Sequence record: MN709127.1
DNA: 64,000 nucleotides
Source of the DNA: Escherichia phage Ec_Makalu_002
Reading direction: 5' to 3' (one strand)
Shown here: one piece after another, positions 1-11,135 of the stretch
Numbering within the stretch: the first letter of the stretch is position 1
Layout of the letters: each line of letters opens with the position of its first letter
Translations under genes and position numbers: made by a program
The notes under the pieces: model-generated
Databases searched by the model: none
What the model saw: only the letters and a program-made list of their open reading frames with translations
Told to the model about the DNA's origin: nothing

Positions 1-2
1 AA

Positions 3-728
3 TTGCCAGAAGATATTGTGTTGAAACTTGCTGGTATATCAGAAGAGGCAAAGCGAAAACATGTATACACGGAAGAATCTAGACTGAAAATGTCGGAATC
101 ACAAAAACGTTTCATGGCTTCTCTTGATGAAGAAGAATTAAAACGTCGCCATAAGAAAAGAACTGATTCCGTTAAAGAACATTTTAGAAACTTGAGCGAT
201 GAAGAACGAGAAAGAAAGTATAAAGAACGTGGCAAGAAAATATCAAAGGCGTTAAGTAATAGATCAGAGGAAAAACTTAAATTACGAAGAGAAAGGCTTC
301 TACAAACTATAAACTCAAAGTCAGACGAAGAAAAACAAAGAATCGCCAAACTACTTTCAGATTCACAAAAACCGAAAGAAACATGGGGAAAATTTGATGA
401 GTTATATGCATTATGGATTGATCTGAATATGCCTGGTCAATATGTATTCAAGCGCGAGGCCATTAAACGTGGATACCCAGATAGGTCATATGATTACATC
501 GTTAAAGAAATGAAAAATAAGTACATAAAGGAGAATGGAAACGACATAATAAAATTAAATCCCAGAAAAAATTCTGGTGTCTGGGTATATTATGACGAAA
601 TATATAAGCTGTGGAAAGAAAATGGTATGCCTAGCGATAGAAAAACAAGAAAAATAGCGGTCGAGAATGGGTATCCCGACCAATGCTATCAAACTATAGT
701 AAAAGACTTTAAGAACTCACTTATTTAA
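3..728 (+). CDS. Homing-endonuclease-like protein, C-terminal part (5' end outside window)
   Basis: ORF open at window edge; basic NUMOD3-like repeats (TEESRLKMSESQK...) as in Seg-type endonucleases, plus two ~45-aa C-terminal repeats; catalytic N-terminus not in window. Confidence 0.45.
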   Translation: MPEDIVLKLAGISEEAKRKHVYTEESRLKMSESQKRFMASLDEEELKRRHKKRTDSVKEHFRNLSDEERERKYKERGKKISKALSNRSEEKLKLRRERLLQTINSKSDEEKQRIAKLLSDSQKPKETWGKFDELYALWIDLNMPGQYVFKREAIKRGYPDRSYDYIVKEMKNKYIKENGNDIIKLNPRKNSGVWVYYDEIYKLWKENGMPSDRKTRKIAVENGYPDQCYQTIVKDFKNSLI

Positions 729-1190
729 ACCTTTAAAACCGAACACTTTTTTTAATGTGTGTTCGGTTATGATTTTAAATTCCATATTATGTTTTTTACA
801 CAATGCTACTGCCGCTGCCCACTTTTCGGTATTTTTCGTCCACGTCCAAGCCTCCATCATATAACGCTGCTTTGTTTTAGTCGTTAATCGCTTTGGCTTT
901 TCTGGTGGTCTAGTCTCTTTGGCTGGCTTAATTTCCCATAAATGCTCTTTTCCATCATCAAACTTAACATAAACATCAACAAAATATCTGTGACGCTTAC
1001 CGTCTGTTGATGAATTGTAAGGAATTACAACGGTCTCAGATCCCCATTTAACCACATGAGGATTACGGTCACACCATTTAAAAACATGCAATTCCCAGCT
1101 TGAACGGTATGTGATTTTCCGTATATCCCCTTTATACTTTTCCTTATTCTCAGGAACATACTTGCCCTTATAAGTGTTAGATCCTCCCAT
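717..1190 (-). CDS. 4: Head completion protein gp4
   Basis: 157 aa, resembles T4 gp4 as recalled (YKGKY.PEN..KY.GD...I.YRSSWEL); ATG with GGAGG site; divergent from gene 53 as in T4. Confidence 0.7.
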   Translation of the reverse strand: MGGSNTYKGKYVPENKEKYKGDIRKITYRSSWELHVFKWCDRNPHVVKWGSETVVIPYNSSTDGKRHRYFVDVYVKFDDGKEHLWEIKPAKETRPPEKPKRLTTKTKQRYMMEAWTWTKNTEKWAAAVALCKKHNMEFKIITEHTLKKVFGFKGLNK

Positions 1191-1205
1191 TTTAGCACCC
1201 TTTAT

Positions 1206-1213
1206 TATAAATA
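1206..1213 (+). promoter_or_regulatory. T4-type late promoter TATAAATA upstream of gene 53
   Basis: Exact TATAAATA about 33 nt upstream of ATG 1246. Confidence 0.55.
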
Positions 1214-1245
1214 CATAATACTATTTATCAATTGAGGGTGCTAAA

Positions 1246-1800
1246 ATGCTCTTTTCTTTCTTCCCTGCCATAGAATACAACGGCAAGATGATTACTGACA
1301 TTGTGCGCAATTACCGCGCATATTTCAACGCAATAATTTCTGATTATAACATACAAACATATTACATTCAAGGTAGTCCACGACCGGAACAAGTTGCATA
1401 TGAAGTATACGGAAACCAGCAACTTTATTGGATCTTGCTGATGCTTAATGACGTATACGATCCGTTTCATGACTGGATCACCGATCAAGAGACAGCATAT
1501 GAATCAGCCGAACAACGATATGCAAATGTAGGAGGAAATCAAGTATTATATCACGTTGATATTGACGGAAACAAGTATTGGAATCTTACCGAATATCCGA
1601 AAGGGTCAAGCAATTGGTACGACAAAGGGGATATTCATCACCGTCATTTGCAGTTTCATGGTGCACTGTCGGCTGTAGACACACTGGAAGATGCGATCCT
1701 CCGCAATGAGGAACGACGCAAGATCAAGATCATAGATCCTACACAAATTAAACAATTTATTAACGCATTCATTCGAGAAATGGAAAAGGCTGATGTGTAA
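1246..1800 (+). CDS. 53: Baseplate wedge protein gp53
   Basis: 184 aa; position between gene 4 and gene 5 and size match T4 gp53. Confidence 0.8.
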   Translation: MLFSFFPAIEYNGKMITDIVRNYRAYFNAIISDYNIQTYYIQGSPRPEQVAYEVYGNQQLYWILLMLNDVYDPFHDWITDQETAYESAEQRYANVGGNQVLYHVDIDGNKYWNLTEYPKGSSNWYDKGDIHHRHLQFHGALSAVDTLEDAILRNEERRKIKIIDPTQIKQFINAFIREMEKADV

Positions 1801-1811
1801 GGTGATTAATT

Positions 1812-3611
1812 ATGCTAATGTTTAATAACTCCGTTAAATGGTTTACCGGAATTGTGGAAAATAGGGAAGACCCGTTAATGTTAGGCCGAGTTCAGGTCAG
1901 GATTCATGGTATACATCCTTCGCTATCCGCACACGGTGACATTCAAGGTCTTCCAACCGAAGATCTATTATGGATTACGCCAGTGCAGGATATTACTAGC
2001 GCGGCGATATCAGGTATCGGACAAAGCCCTACTGGTATTGTTGAAGGTTCAATGGTATTTGGTTTGGCCTTAGATGAACGTTATTTAAACTGCGTTATTC
2101 TGGGTACTATTGCCGGACAATATACAGAGAAACCACTCACTACAGAAGGTTTTTGCGACCCTTCTGGTGCATACCCGCGCTATATTGGTAATGATGTTAA
2201 TATTCTTGCCCGTGGCGGCATTAACCCAGAAACCGGACAAACAACAAAACCTGATAGTGTCTATATTCGAGATGAAAACACTGGAGTTGCAGTAAATCCA
2301 GACGACGAGCCATTAGATCAAATTCCGGTTGATGATAATCCTGATTTTACAATAGAAAAAATGCTGCGGGGCGATGAGGGATATCGCGAGAAATGGTATC
2401 TTGATTCAGAAGGATATCCGACAATAGGCATCGGGCATTTGATCATTTATAAGAAAACCAGTGATCTGGGTATTATCAATAATGAACTTTCTAAGCTGGT
2501 AGGGCGTGAAGTTACAAACGGAAGACTTACCGCCGAAGAAGTTAGCAAAGTATTTGCTGACGATATAGAAAAAACTCGTCGTGATATGCGCAAACATCCA
2601 CGAATTGCACCTGTCTATAATAAATGTAATGCTTCTCGTCGTATGGCATTAGAAAATATGGCGTTTCAAATGGGTGTTGGTGGATTGGGTAAATTTAAGA
2701 ATAGTCTTGCTGCAATGCTGGCGGAAGAATGGAAACAAGCCTATGATGGATTACGTCAATCAGTATGGGCTAATCAAACTCCGGGACGCTCCAGCCGTGT
2801 TTCTAAAATTATTCTTACTGGCAACTTAGAATCCTATGGCGTAATTGCTCCTAAGAAAGAGGAATCTGTTTCCGATGATCCGCGAGCACGTTTGAGAAAT
2901 GCCCGTATTGCTGCCTATAAGACGCAGAGAGCAGAAGAAGACCCAGAAGCACCGTTTACCCCACAAGACACACGAATCATGTTTAAAGAGCCTAAGAGTT
3001 CGTATTCTGCAAGATATCCATATAACCACGTATACGAATCAGAGAGCGGTCATATTATCGAGATTGATGATACTCCTTCTCATGAGCGGTATCATCGTAA
3101 ACATCCTTCTGGTACATTTGAAGAAACCAGACCGGACGGAACGAGGGTAGAAAAGATTGAAGGTGATGATTATTTGATCGTTAAGCAAGGCCGCAAAGTC
3201 AACGTTAAAGGCAATCTGCAAGTTGTTGTTGAAGGTGACGCGCAAGTTTATTATATGGGTAATGTGATGCAAACCGTTGATGGTAACGTCACTGAATTTA
3301 TTCGTGGTAATGTTAATCAGACAGTTGAAGGTACAGCTAATATGCATGTTGTCGGTGATGTTACCGCGCAACTTGACGCTAATTTGACGGCTAACGTCAA
3401 GGGCAATGCTGAATTAATGATCGAGGGTAACACTACCGAGACAATTAAAGGTAACTATGATTTAACCGTTGAAGGTAATTTTAATATGACCGTCAATGGT
3501 ACTAAATCAGATCAGGTTAATGGTGACTGGTCCCGTAATTGTGGTGCAAGCGTTAAAGATATTGCATCCGGTACAGTTAAAATTGATGGTAGCCGTATTG
3601 ATCTTGGGTGA
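1812..3611 (+). CDS. 5: Baseplate hub and tail lysozyme gp5
   Basis: 599 aa; lysozyme-like segment (YLDSEGYPTIGIGHL) and C-terminal beta-helix repeats (VEGN/VKGN/VNGT). Confidence 0.9.
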   Translation: MLMFNNSVKWFTGIVENREDPLMLGRVQVRIHGIHPSLSAHGDIQGLPTEDLLWITPVQDITSAAISGIGQSPTGIVEGSMVFGLALDERYLNCVILGTIAGQYTEKPLTTEGFCDPSGAYPRYIGNDVNILARGGINPETGQTTKPDSVYIRDENTGVAVNPDDEPLDQIPVDDNPDFTIEKMLRGDEGYREKWYLDSEGYPTIGIGHLIIYKKTSDLGIINNELSKLVGREVTNGRLTAEEVSKVFADDIEKTRRDMRKHPRIAPVYNKCNASRRMALENMAFQMGVGGLGKFKNSLAAMLAEEWKQAYDGLRQSVWANQTPGRSSRVSKIILTGNLESYGVIAPKKEESVSDDPRARLRNARIAAYKTQRAEEDPEAPFTPQDTRIMFKEPKSSYSARYPYNHVYESESGHIIEIDDTPSHERYHRKHPSGTFEETRPDGTRVEKIEGDDYLIVKQGRKVNVKGNLQVVVEGDAQVYYMGNVMQTVDGNVTEFIRGNVNQTVEGTANMHVVGDVTAQLDANLTANVKGNAELMIEGNTTETIKGNYDLTVEGNFNMTVNGTKSDQVNGDWSRNCGASVKDIASGTVKIDGSRIDLG

Positions 3612-3619
3612 GGTAATTG

Positions 3620-4186
3620 ATGGTTGAAATTCTTCCTATGAGTTCAAAATTGGAGGATATCAGCGAGCGAGAAATCTTTGAGGTGGTGTTCTCTTATAAA
3701 GCAACGCCACCGGATGCAAATACCACATACACGATTAAAGAGTTTAAGATCAGCGAGTATCGCCCTAATAAGGGCGTTACCGTTGAAGAAACTAAAATAT
3801 CTGGTGAGTATCGGGATAGTTTTTCGCTTGGCGCGGATTCTCTTAAATATATAACGAAAGATCGAATTAAAAAATCTGCCGGAAGTTTTGATGATTTACC
3901 AGATCCAACTACAGCAGATCTATATTATTTTAACGCTCCTACACGTCTACAGGAGGTTTATACTTATAAAGTAACCCTAACCTATATCCAATCTGTTTCA
4001 GAGTCTTCTGGCGGTTCCGGTGAAGGAAATAGTGGTGGTTCTAACAGTCGAGAGGGTGCTGGTGAAACTAATCCGCCTCCGGTAGTAACCGAGCACACAA
4101 TAGAGAAAGTTTATACTCAAACCGTTTTTGGAAATTGGGATGTGTGGAGTAAACAGTTAAGAGATTATGTACATAGGGGTGTTTAA
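3620..4186 (+). CDS. gp5.1-like hypothetical protein
   Basis: ORF track starts at TTG 3617; ATG 3620 has GAGG site; position after gene 5 as in T4. Confidence 0.5.
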   Translation: MVEILPMSSKLEDISEREIFEVVFSYKATPPDANTTYTIKEFKISEYRPNKGVTVEETKISGEYRDSFSLGADSLKYITKDRIKKSAGSFDDLPDPTTADLYYFNAPTRLQEVYTYKVTLTYIQSVSESSGGSGEGNSGGSNSREGAGETNPPPVVTEHTIEKVYTQTVFGNWDVWSKQLRDYVHRGV

Positions 4187-4479
4187 TGGCTGGATTATCC
4201 TACGATAAAGCTAAAACTACAGGGCACGGAAACTACCCACCTACGGTAATTAATGCAACTCAATCTAAGGTATTTGTTGAGGGTATCCCTGTATTAGTCG
4301 AAGGAGACCCAATTACACCACATACAAAAACAACAAAACCTTATGATACACACGGGGGAACTACGGTCGCCAGTACCCCGAAAGTATTTGTTACCGGAAA
4401 GAAAGCAATTCAAATGGCAGATCGTATTAGCTGTGGCGATACCGTCGCTATGGCATCACCGAAGGTATTCATAAAATGA
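4186..4479 (+). CDS. 5.4: PAAR-repeat spike tip protein gp5.4
   Basis: 97 aa; repeated P..VFV.G motifs typical of PAAR proteins; same size and position as T4 gp5.4. Confidence 0.75.
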   Translation: MAGLSYDKAKTTGHGNYPPTVINATQSKVFVEGIPVLVEGDPITPHTKTTKPYDTHGGTTVASTPKVFVTGKKAIQMADRISCGDTVAMASPKVFIK

Positions 4480-6380
4480 CAAAGCAAAAGATTACACAAA
4501 TTCCTGATATTTTTAATGCTGCTACATTCGATGAAATTAAAAGCGCATTAACCGACTGGATGAGAAACCAGGAAGAATTTAAAGATTTTGATTTTAATGG
4601 TGCTGGTATTAACGTATTGATGGACTTGCTCGCATATAACACTCTGTATATTCAGCAATTCGCCAACGCCGCGCTATATGAATCTTTTATCAGAACGGCA
4701 ATTAAGCGTAGTTCAGTTGTTCAAGCCGCGCAAGATTTAGGATATTTGCCAGCGAGTAAAACTAGTGCATCGACTACAATTATGTTGCATGTTTCCCATC
4801 CACGAAATCCGGCAAGTATTCGAATCCCACGAGGGACTAAATTTATTGCAAGTGTGGATCGCCAGACTTCTTACCCATTTGTTACTACAGAAGACGTTGT
4901 GAGCGTTTTAGGTTCAAATGGTTTATATACGCCTATGCTTAAAGTCGCACAAGGTCGTATTGTTCGTACAGAAATGTTATTTGATCCGAAGAAACAAATT
5001 CTGATCCGTGACCCTGATATTGACCGCGCTCAGGTTAAATTGTGGGTGGACGGTGCTGAATGGAAAGACTGGACACGAGAAAGTATTGTTAATGCAACTG
5101 GCGCAAGCAATATTTTCTATATGCGTGAAACCGTAGACGGACATACAGAAATTTTCTTTGGTGAAGGTGAATCAACCTTATCTGCGGCTGGCGGGGCGCT
5201 GGAAGCAAATTATATTGGTGGACTTAAGCCGTCAACTGGCGCTAATATTGTTATCGAATATATCAGCACTAAGGGCGCGGAAGCAAACGGTTCAGTTAAT
5301 TTCACATACGCGGATACCCTTGCATCTATCTCTATTGTTAAAATTATTGAGAATCCGACAAATGATCGTGATTATGTCGGTGCAGATGGTGGTGGTGATC
5401 CTGAATCAATCGAACGTATCCGTGAACTTGCTCCGGTAATGCGTGAATCTCAGCGTCGTTGTGTAACTGCTTCCGACTACGAGGCTTTTGTTTCTAGCCG
5501 TTTTGGTAGTATTGTTCAGGCTGTACAATGTTTCACCGACCGAGAAAAACCGGGTTATGCTTTTGTTGCTGTTAAGCCTAAATCTGGCTTGCGTTTGACA
5601 ACTGTTCAAAAAGAAGATATGCGGGATTATCTGGCAAAATATAACCTTGCCCCTATCACACCGAGCATCATTGACCCTAACTATCTGTATATTAAACAGA
5701 ATATTAAAGTTTCCTATTCAATCAATGACTTGTCAGAATCAGAGCAGTGGTTGCGCGGTGCGGTTATTGATCAGATTGATGCATATTATACCGACGAAGT
5801 GGAAATTTTTAACCAGACCTTTAGTAAGTCTAAAATGCTTGCGCGTATTGACAAAGCTGATGTATCTGTGATAGGTTCTAGTGCAGAAATCGAGATGGTG
5901 CGAGAGATCGACAACTTCTATAAAGCACCGATGGCTGGAATCAAGTTTTTAAACCAGTATAAGAGCGGAATCAAGTCTAGTTCATTCAACTTCGAAAAGG
6001 ACGACAAGCAATATCCGATCCATTATGTAAGTACAGAAATGAACAAAGAATCCGGTTTAGCTAAATTGCTGGTTGGACCTTTCCCTGTTGGTTCTGCAAT
6101 CGCTTTACCGCACTATTCCGGCACTGATTTTGATAAAGAGGTTATCGACGGTGCGGACCTATACTTTGAGGTTGGAGAGGTTCAGCATTATGACGACCTT
6201 ATTTCATGGGATCTGGGTAAACTGAATATCAATAGCGATCGCTTTACTGGTTCATATATTGAGTTGACAGCTAAACCGATTGCTGATAACATCTTTACTA
6301 AAGACGGTTCTTTGATCGTGTTTGAAAACGATCTCCGTCCTCAGTACACAACTATTAGTCTGGAGGCAATTGCTCAATGA
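4476..6380 (+). CDS. 6: Baseplate wedge protein gp6
   Basis: 634 aa; synteny and size (T4 gp6 ~660 aa). Confidence 0.8.
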   Translation: MTKQKITQIPDIFNAATFDEIKSALTDWMRNQEEFKDFDFNGAGINVLMDLLAYNTLYIQQFANAALYESFIRTAIKRSSVVQAAQDLGYLPASKTSASTTIMLHVSHPRNPASIRIPRGTKFIASVDRQTSYPFVTTEDVVSVLGSNGLYTPMLKVAQGRIVRTEMLFDPKKQILIRDPDIDRAQVKLWVDGAEWKDWTRESIVNATGASNIFYMRETVDGHTEIFFGEGESTLSAAGGALEANYIGGLKPSTGANIVIEYISTKGAEANGSVNFTYADTLASISIVKIIENPTNDRDYVGADGGGDPESIERIRELAPVMRESQRRCVTASDYEAFVSSRFGSIVQAVQCFTDREKPGYAFVAVKPKSGLRLTTVQKEDMRDYLAKYNLAPITPSIIDPNYLYIKQNIKVSYSINDLSESEQWLRGAVIDQIDAYYTDEVEIFNQTFSKSKMLARIDKADVSVIGSSAEIEMVREIDNFYKAPMAGIKFLNQYKSGIKSSSFNFEKDDKQYPIHYVSTEMNKESGLAKLLVGPFPVGSAIALPHYSGTDFDKEVIDGADLYFEVGEVQHYDDLISWDLGKLNINSDRFTGSYIELTAKPIADNIFTKDGSLIVFENDLRPQYTTISLEAIAQ

Positions 6381-9300
6381 TTAAAGCGCCTAGTGTAACT
6401 AGCTTGACAATAGAAAAATTGTCTGCTAATCAGGCGTATATCACATGGGATGACGTAGGCGAAAACTTCTTTTATTTTGTGGAGTTAGCCGAAACCAGAA
6501 CACGAGACGGGGAGATCATCCCCGTCGATGAGTTAAGCTGGGTAAACCTGGGATATACTGCCGAACAAAACTGGTTTGAGGATAAAAGCCTTTTTCCAGA
6601 ATATTATTACAAGTTTCGTGTAGCAGTAGCCGCAGAAGGATTTGAACAAAGTAAATGGGTTGAGACAGAAGAGTTTCAGACATTTAAAACAAACGCATAT
6701 AATTTTTCTATGATGCGAGAGTTCAACCTTGCAAACGAGTTTATAAAGGAAAAATTTACATACGATAATAGAGAGTATGTCAAGTTTAATACTGACCTGA
6801 TTCAAGCATCATTGATGAAGGAAGATTTTGTCTTTAGTCCTGAATATGCAAACATGACAAATATCTCAAACTACATTGTAGTTGATGAGAACTTTCATGA
6901 AATACAGGATCACATAGAAAAAGTTTGTATTGATATAAACCGCACTATGTTAGCGGAAATGAACGGTGTTTTGTACCTTTTCGAACGGTTCCAGCCGATC
7001 GTGAAAGTGTCAAATGATAAAGGTCAATCATGGAAAGCATACAAGGCTTTTAATGACCGTGTAGGCAATCCGGTTTCCCGTACATGCGTTTATCAGTCTA
7101 AAACCACTACTTACGTTTTAGGATATGATCGAATCTTTTACGGACGACAAGCGAGCGATACTCGATGGAGCGCGGACGATGTTCGATTTAGTGATGACAC
7201 GATCACTTTTGCAAAGGTTGGTGACGAGAACGATTTAGGCTTTGACGTTGAGGTCTTTGGTGTATTTTCCAGATTAACAGGGGACACCACAAAATACGCC
7301 GAAGCTATGGCGTGCAGTGATGACTATTTGTGGGTTGGTGCTAAAGATGTTATTCGCCGGATTCGTCTTAAGAATACTCCAGTTGATACCGTACAGGGTT
7401 CGCCTACGTTTGGCGAAAAAATATTCGATCCTGATGTTATCCGAGTAACAGGAAATGATAAAGCTGTCATTCAGAAAATGGATGTGATCGACGGTAAATT
7501 GCTTGTATTTGTTACTGGTGAAGTTAAACAGCGTTATCAAGATCCAACTAAACCAGAAAACGTTGTTCCGTCAGATGATGCGGGTGTATACTTAATAGGG
7601 AGTGATGGTCTGTCTTTTCAGAGAGTATTTGGCAACACTCCGCAGGAAAGGGAATATATTCAGCACGGGTTCAGTAATATGTCAACCAATGGTGATGAGG
7701 TGTTCATAAGCCATTATAATCATCACTTCGAAAGCATTTTACCTGATCCAGAAACTGCCGCAAAATATGAATTAGGCGAAGCTGTGAAATATTCTCAGGA
7801 GCCAACTTATCTAACTGATAAGAAAATACATCAAACTACTTTCAGAGCAAGTTATGATGATTTGCGTATTTGGGAGTTAGGACCGCAAGCGTATTATAAT
7901 GAGGCTGATTATACATGGATGCGTCGAAACGGTGTCCGTGTGTGGATCACAAATGATAATCGCCCGTTGGTTGTTTATCCAGAGGTTATCTATACTCAAG
8001 AAGTTGATACATCTGGCATTCTTGACCAAAACAGGGTTAACCGAGAGGTTTATGATAAGGGGACAGTGACCTGTTATCTTAACAATGTTAAATTTGAAGG
8101 GTTCAAACAATATGCATCCGGTGTAATGTTCCATAAAAACACGGGAGAGATCATTGGATTCTATCAATTTAATTATCGTGTTCGTGACCAAGTTGGTGTA
8201 TATTGGAAACCTACAAATGTAGCATTTGTTGCTGAATTACAAAATCAGGTTCGAGAGGTTCCCTGGGTTCCTGTTCATTATGACAGAGAGCAAGACCCAG
8301 ATTTACGGCCTTTACTGAATAAGATGACCCCGGATAGCTTTTTGCTTGAGAACGAAAATTTCAGAAAATTCTCTGAATATTATCTGCAATTCTTAAGTGA
8401 TGGTTCAGGAACATATTATAATAAACTAAAAAATCTGATTAAAAACAAATACCCACGCGAGCAAGATGCATATGAGTATCTTTGGCCAGAGATGAACAAA
8501 CGAAACATCTATGCAGATAAAAACAAGCGAGATGCGGTAGTAAGATTCTTCGAATCCCGCAAATCAGATTTTTATTCCACTAAGGGCGTGGAGGCTTCTT
8601 ATAAGTTCTTGTTTAAGTTACTTTATAATGAAGATGTGGAAATTGAGGTTGAATCGCAAGCCGGACTAGAGTATGATATTGTTGTTAGTTCAACGAACAT
8701 TGACGAGGATATCGTAGGTCGCACGATCTATACTCCAACCGGACGGGCTAACGTGACGTATCTTGAAAGGGAATATGAAGGTGGTCGCCTACGCTGGCGA
8801 GTAACCATTCATAACCTGATCGGGCGGTTCGAAGAAGGTCAAGTGATCAAATCAGAGAAAACAGCGTTTGAAGGGATGATCCTTGTTGGTGTACGTGGTA
8901 AAGAGTTGTTGAGTAGTTCAATCGACTATATCAACCGCTCACGAAGCCAATACACCATGAAGATTAAAAGTGCATTACCAGTTTCGCGCTATGCAAATGA
9001 TGTAATGCGATTCGTTCATCCTGTCGGCTTTGGGTTTATCGGTGTTACCCTGCTTACGATGTTCATTAACAGCGGGTTGAGCATGAAGCACACCGAGACT
9101 ATAATTCAATCTCTGAAAAATTATAAGTTTGACAGCGGATTGCCTAGCGTGTATCCTGATCGGGTGGCAGACCTTGACGTTGACGGAAACATTAAGAAAG
9201 ACCCGCTTACCGGAAAAGCATTATATTTGACTTCACCTTTAATCGGTGAAGAATTTCCGGTTCCTCCTGAATATGATCAGGAGAACAGCGAATTGTTCCA

Positions 9301-9463
9301 CGGACTTAAAGCAAGCGAACGAAGATTTGCAATGAGTCCACTGTTTGACCAGTCGGCGGTATCATTCTCTATGTTCCGTGAACTTGTAGATAAACGGTTG
9401 AAGGATAATATAGGGAATCCACGCGATCCGAAGAATCCGACACAGAGGAAAATTAATGGCTAA
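6377..9463 (+). CDS. 7: Baseplate wedge protein gp7
   Basis: 1028 aa; synteny and size (T4 gp7 ~1032 aa). Confidence 0.8.
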   Translation: MIKAPSVTSLTIEKLSANQAYITWDDVGENFFYFVELAETRTRDGEIIPVDELSWVNLGYTAEQNWFEDKSLFPEYYYKFRVAVAAEGFEQSKWVETEEFQTFKTNAYNFSMMREFNLANEFIKEKFTYDNREYVKFNTDLIQASLMKEDFVFSPEYANMTNISNYIVVDENFHEIQDHIEKVCIDINRTMLAEMNGVLYLFERFQPIVKVSNDKGQSWKAYKAFNDRVGNPVSRTCVYQSKTTTYVLGYDRIFYGRQASDTRWSADDVRFSDDTITFAKVGDENDLGFDVEVFGVFSRLTGDTTKYAEAMACSDDYLWVGAKDVIRRIRLKNTPVDTVQGSPTFGEKIFDPDVIRVTGNDKAVIQKMDVIDGKLLVFVTGEVKQRYQDPTKPENVVPSDDAGVYLIGSDGLSFQRVFGNTPQEREYIQHGFSNMSTNGDEVFISHYNHHFESILPDPETAAKYELGEAVKYSQEPTYLTDKKIHQTTFRASYDDLRIWELGPQAYYNEADYTWMRRNGVRVWITNDNRPLVVYPEVIYTQEVDTSGILDQNRVNREVYDKGTVTCYLNNVKFEGFKQYASGVMFHKNTGEIIGFYQFNYRVRDQVGVYWKPTNVAFVAELQNQVREVPWVPVHYDREQDPDLRPLLNKMTPDSFLLENENFRKFSEYYLQFLSDGSGTYYNKLKNLIKNKYPREQDAYEYLWPEMNKRNIYADKNKRDAVVRFFESRKSDFYSTKGVEASYKFLFKLLYNEDVEIEVESQAGLEYDIVVSSTNIDEDIVGRTIYTPTGRANVTYLEREYEGGRLRWRVTIHNLIGRFEEGQVIKSEKTAFEGMILVGVRGKELLSSSIDYINRSRSQYTMKIKSALPVSRYANDVMRFVHPVGFGFIGVTLLTMFINSGLSMKHTETIIQSLKNYKFDSGLPSVYPDRVADLDVDGNIKKDPLTGKALYLTSPLIGEEFPVPPEYDQENSELFHGLKASERRFAMSPLFDQSAVSFSMFRELVDKRLKDNIGNPRDPKNPTQRKING

Positions 9464-10451
9464 TGAAAATAGTGTGATCTATCGCTCAATCATTACTAGT
9501 AAATTCAGAACGGAAAAACTTCTGAATTTCTATAATTCTGTAGGCGATGGGGCAAATCAAATTACAATTTATGGAACGTTTGGACGTTCGGAGCCGTGGT
9601 CAGAAAACGAAAAAGAGGTGGGCTTTGCCCCACCTTATCCGACCGATTCAACGGCTGGTGTTGTTGACATGTGGACCCATATGATGGGGGCGGTTAAGAT
9701 TAATAAATCACTTCTTGATGCGGTTATCCCTCGTAAAGATTGGGGTGATACCGGACAGGATAACCCGCGCACATTCTTTATCAATGACATTGTTGTTGTC
9801 AACTCAGCACCATATAACCGAACTGATGTTGGTAGCGGCTGGATGGTGTATCGCGTAACCGATGTTCCTGATCGCGGTTACTGCTCGATTTCAAGCATTG
9901 ACGCTAAAGTCGAGTGTTTGAAGTTGGGCGGAAAGTGGACACCTACTCATGAATCAATCGCGCCACCTGTAGGAAAGGGCGATTCTATTGATATGGGTGA
10001 TGGGTATCGTTGGGAATATCTGTACACAATTCCACCTGATGCGGCGATCAACCGTTGCACCAATGAACATATTGTTGTACCGTTCCCCGATGAACTGCGA
10101 CAAGATCCGGCGCGCTGGGGCTACGACAATGTGATCACATGGTATAATGACTATAATCTGCTTTATCGGCTGAAAGTAGTAACTTTGCGTTTTCAGGCTT
10201 ATATGGACTCTGCGCAATTCCCAACTACCGCGTTAGTGGGTAACACTGGTTTCCGTCAGTTAAGCATTATCCTTAACCCATTGGAAAAGAAAGCACGCCC
10301 TAGCGATCCAGACGTTAAAGCGGTTCAAGATAAGTACCGTCCGCAAGACTTAGAGCCACACTCAGGAGAAATGATCTACATGGAAAACCGACAACCTATC
10401 GTTCGGTCATTAGATCAAACAGAACTTGTTTCTGTACTGTTTGAGTTCTAA
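9456..10451 (+). CDS. 8: Baseplate wedge protein gp8
   Basis: 331 aa; synteny and size (T4 gp8 334 aa). Confidence 0.8.
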   Translation: MANENSVIYRSIITSKFRTEKLLNFYNSVGDGANQITIYGTFGRSEPWSENEKEVGFAPPYPTDSTAGVVDMWTHMMGAVKINKSLLDAVIPRKDWGDTGQDNPRTFFINDIVVVNSAPYNRTDVGSGWMVYRVTDVPDRGYCSISSIDAKVECLKLGGKWTPTHESIAPPVGKGDSIDMGDGYRWEYLYTIPPDAAINRCTNEHIVVPFPDELRQDPARWGYDNVITWYNDYNLLYRLKVVTLRFQAYMDSAQFPTTALVGNTGFRQLSIILNPLEKKARPSDPDVKAVQDKYRPQDLEPHSGEMIYMENRQPIVRSLDQTELVSVLFEF

Positions 10452-10462
10452 GTGTATGATTT

Positions 10463-10496
10463 AAAAGCCAATTCGAGAGAGTTGGCTTTTTCTATT
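10463..10496 (+). terminator. Rho-independent terminator after gene 8
   Basis: Hairpin AAGCCAA/TTGGCTT followed by T-run. Confidence 0.6.
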
Positions 10497-10503
10497 TTGG
10501 GTG

Positions 10504-10531
10504 TTGACAATCTTGTCTGATAAGGTATAAT
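10504..10531 (+). promoter_or_regulatory. Sigma70-type promoter (TTGACA-16 bp-TATAAT)
   Basis: Consensus -35 and -10 hexamers; GGAGG site precedes ATG 10561. Confidence 0.6.
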
Positions 10532-10560
10532 GCTCACATCTAAACAACGGAGGATAAATT

Positions 10561-10818
10561 ATGGCACGTCGTAAATTTACAGATAATTGTGAAGCAATTC
10601 AGGTATCCCCTTGCGGTTGGGATGTGATCGCGAACGGTGAAAAGATCGGAGAGATCATCGATCATACTCATTCATCACTAGCCGATTACACCGATGAACT
10701 ATGGGAGGGTATCAACTTCATGAATGACACTAAACGATTCAAGACTATCGACGAAGCTATCTATTTTGTGTATAATCCAACTTTCGGTATGTGGACTGAT
10801 AGAAAATGGCACGCGTAA
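10561..10818 (+). CDS. Hypothetical protein (cassette gene 1)
   Basis: 85 aa; ATG with GGAGG site; first gene downstream of the sigma70-type promoter. Confidence 0.5.
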   Translation: MARRKFTDNCEAIQVSPCGWDVIANGEKIGEIIDHTHSSLADYTDELWEGINFMNDTKRFKTIDEAIYFVYNPTFGMWTDRKWHA

Positions 10819-11135
10819 ATATTAAACGGCATTATACAATGGGTAAACCAAAACATCCAATGCATAAAGTGTTTTGGGGCTTACATCTTCAAGAAAAATG
10901 GCATGATAACTATTGGTTTTGTGACCATGATAAGAAGTGGCATTCTCAAGATGAAGTTAATGCGATGATGGAACAGGGTATAAAGTTTAATTACTCTAAT
11001 TATGACCATAGCATTACTTGTATTCGAAAAATGAAACGGTTTATTCGAAAGAATCCACAATTTAAAAACTTTGTGTTCTTTATGTCTCATGTTTATTTGG
11101 GGCATAGCGTTACCGTAACAGCAAAGGTTAAATAA
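10806..11135 (+). CDS. Hypothetical Trp/His-rich protein (cassette gene 2)
   Basis: 109 aa; overlaps upstream ORF; stop overlaps next start (TAATG). Confidence 0.5.
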   Translation: MARVNIKRHYTMGKPKHPMHKVFWGLHLQEKWHDNYWFCDHDKKWHSQDEVNAMMEQGIKFNYSNYDHSITCIRKMKRFIRKNPQFKNFVFFMSHVYLGHSVTVTAKVK

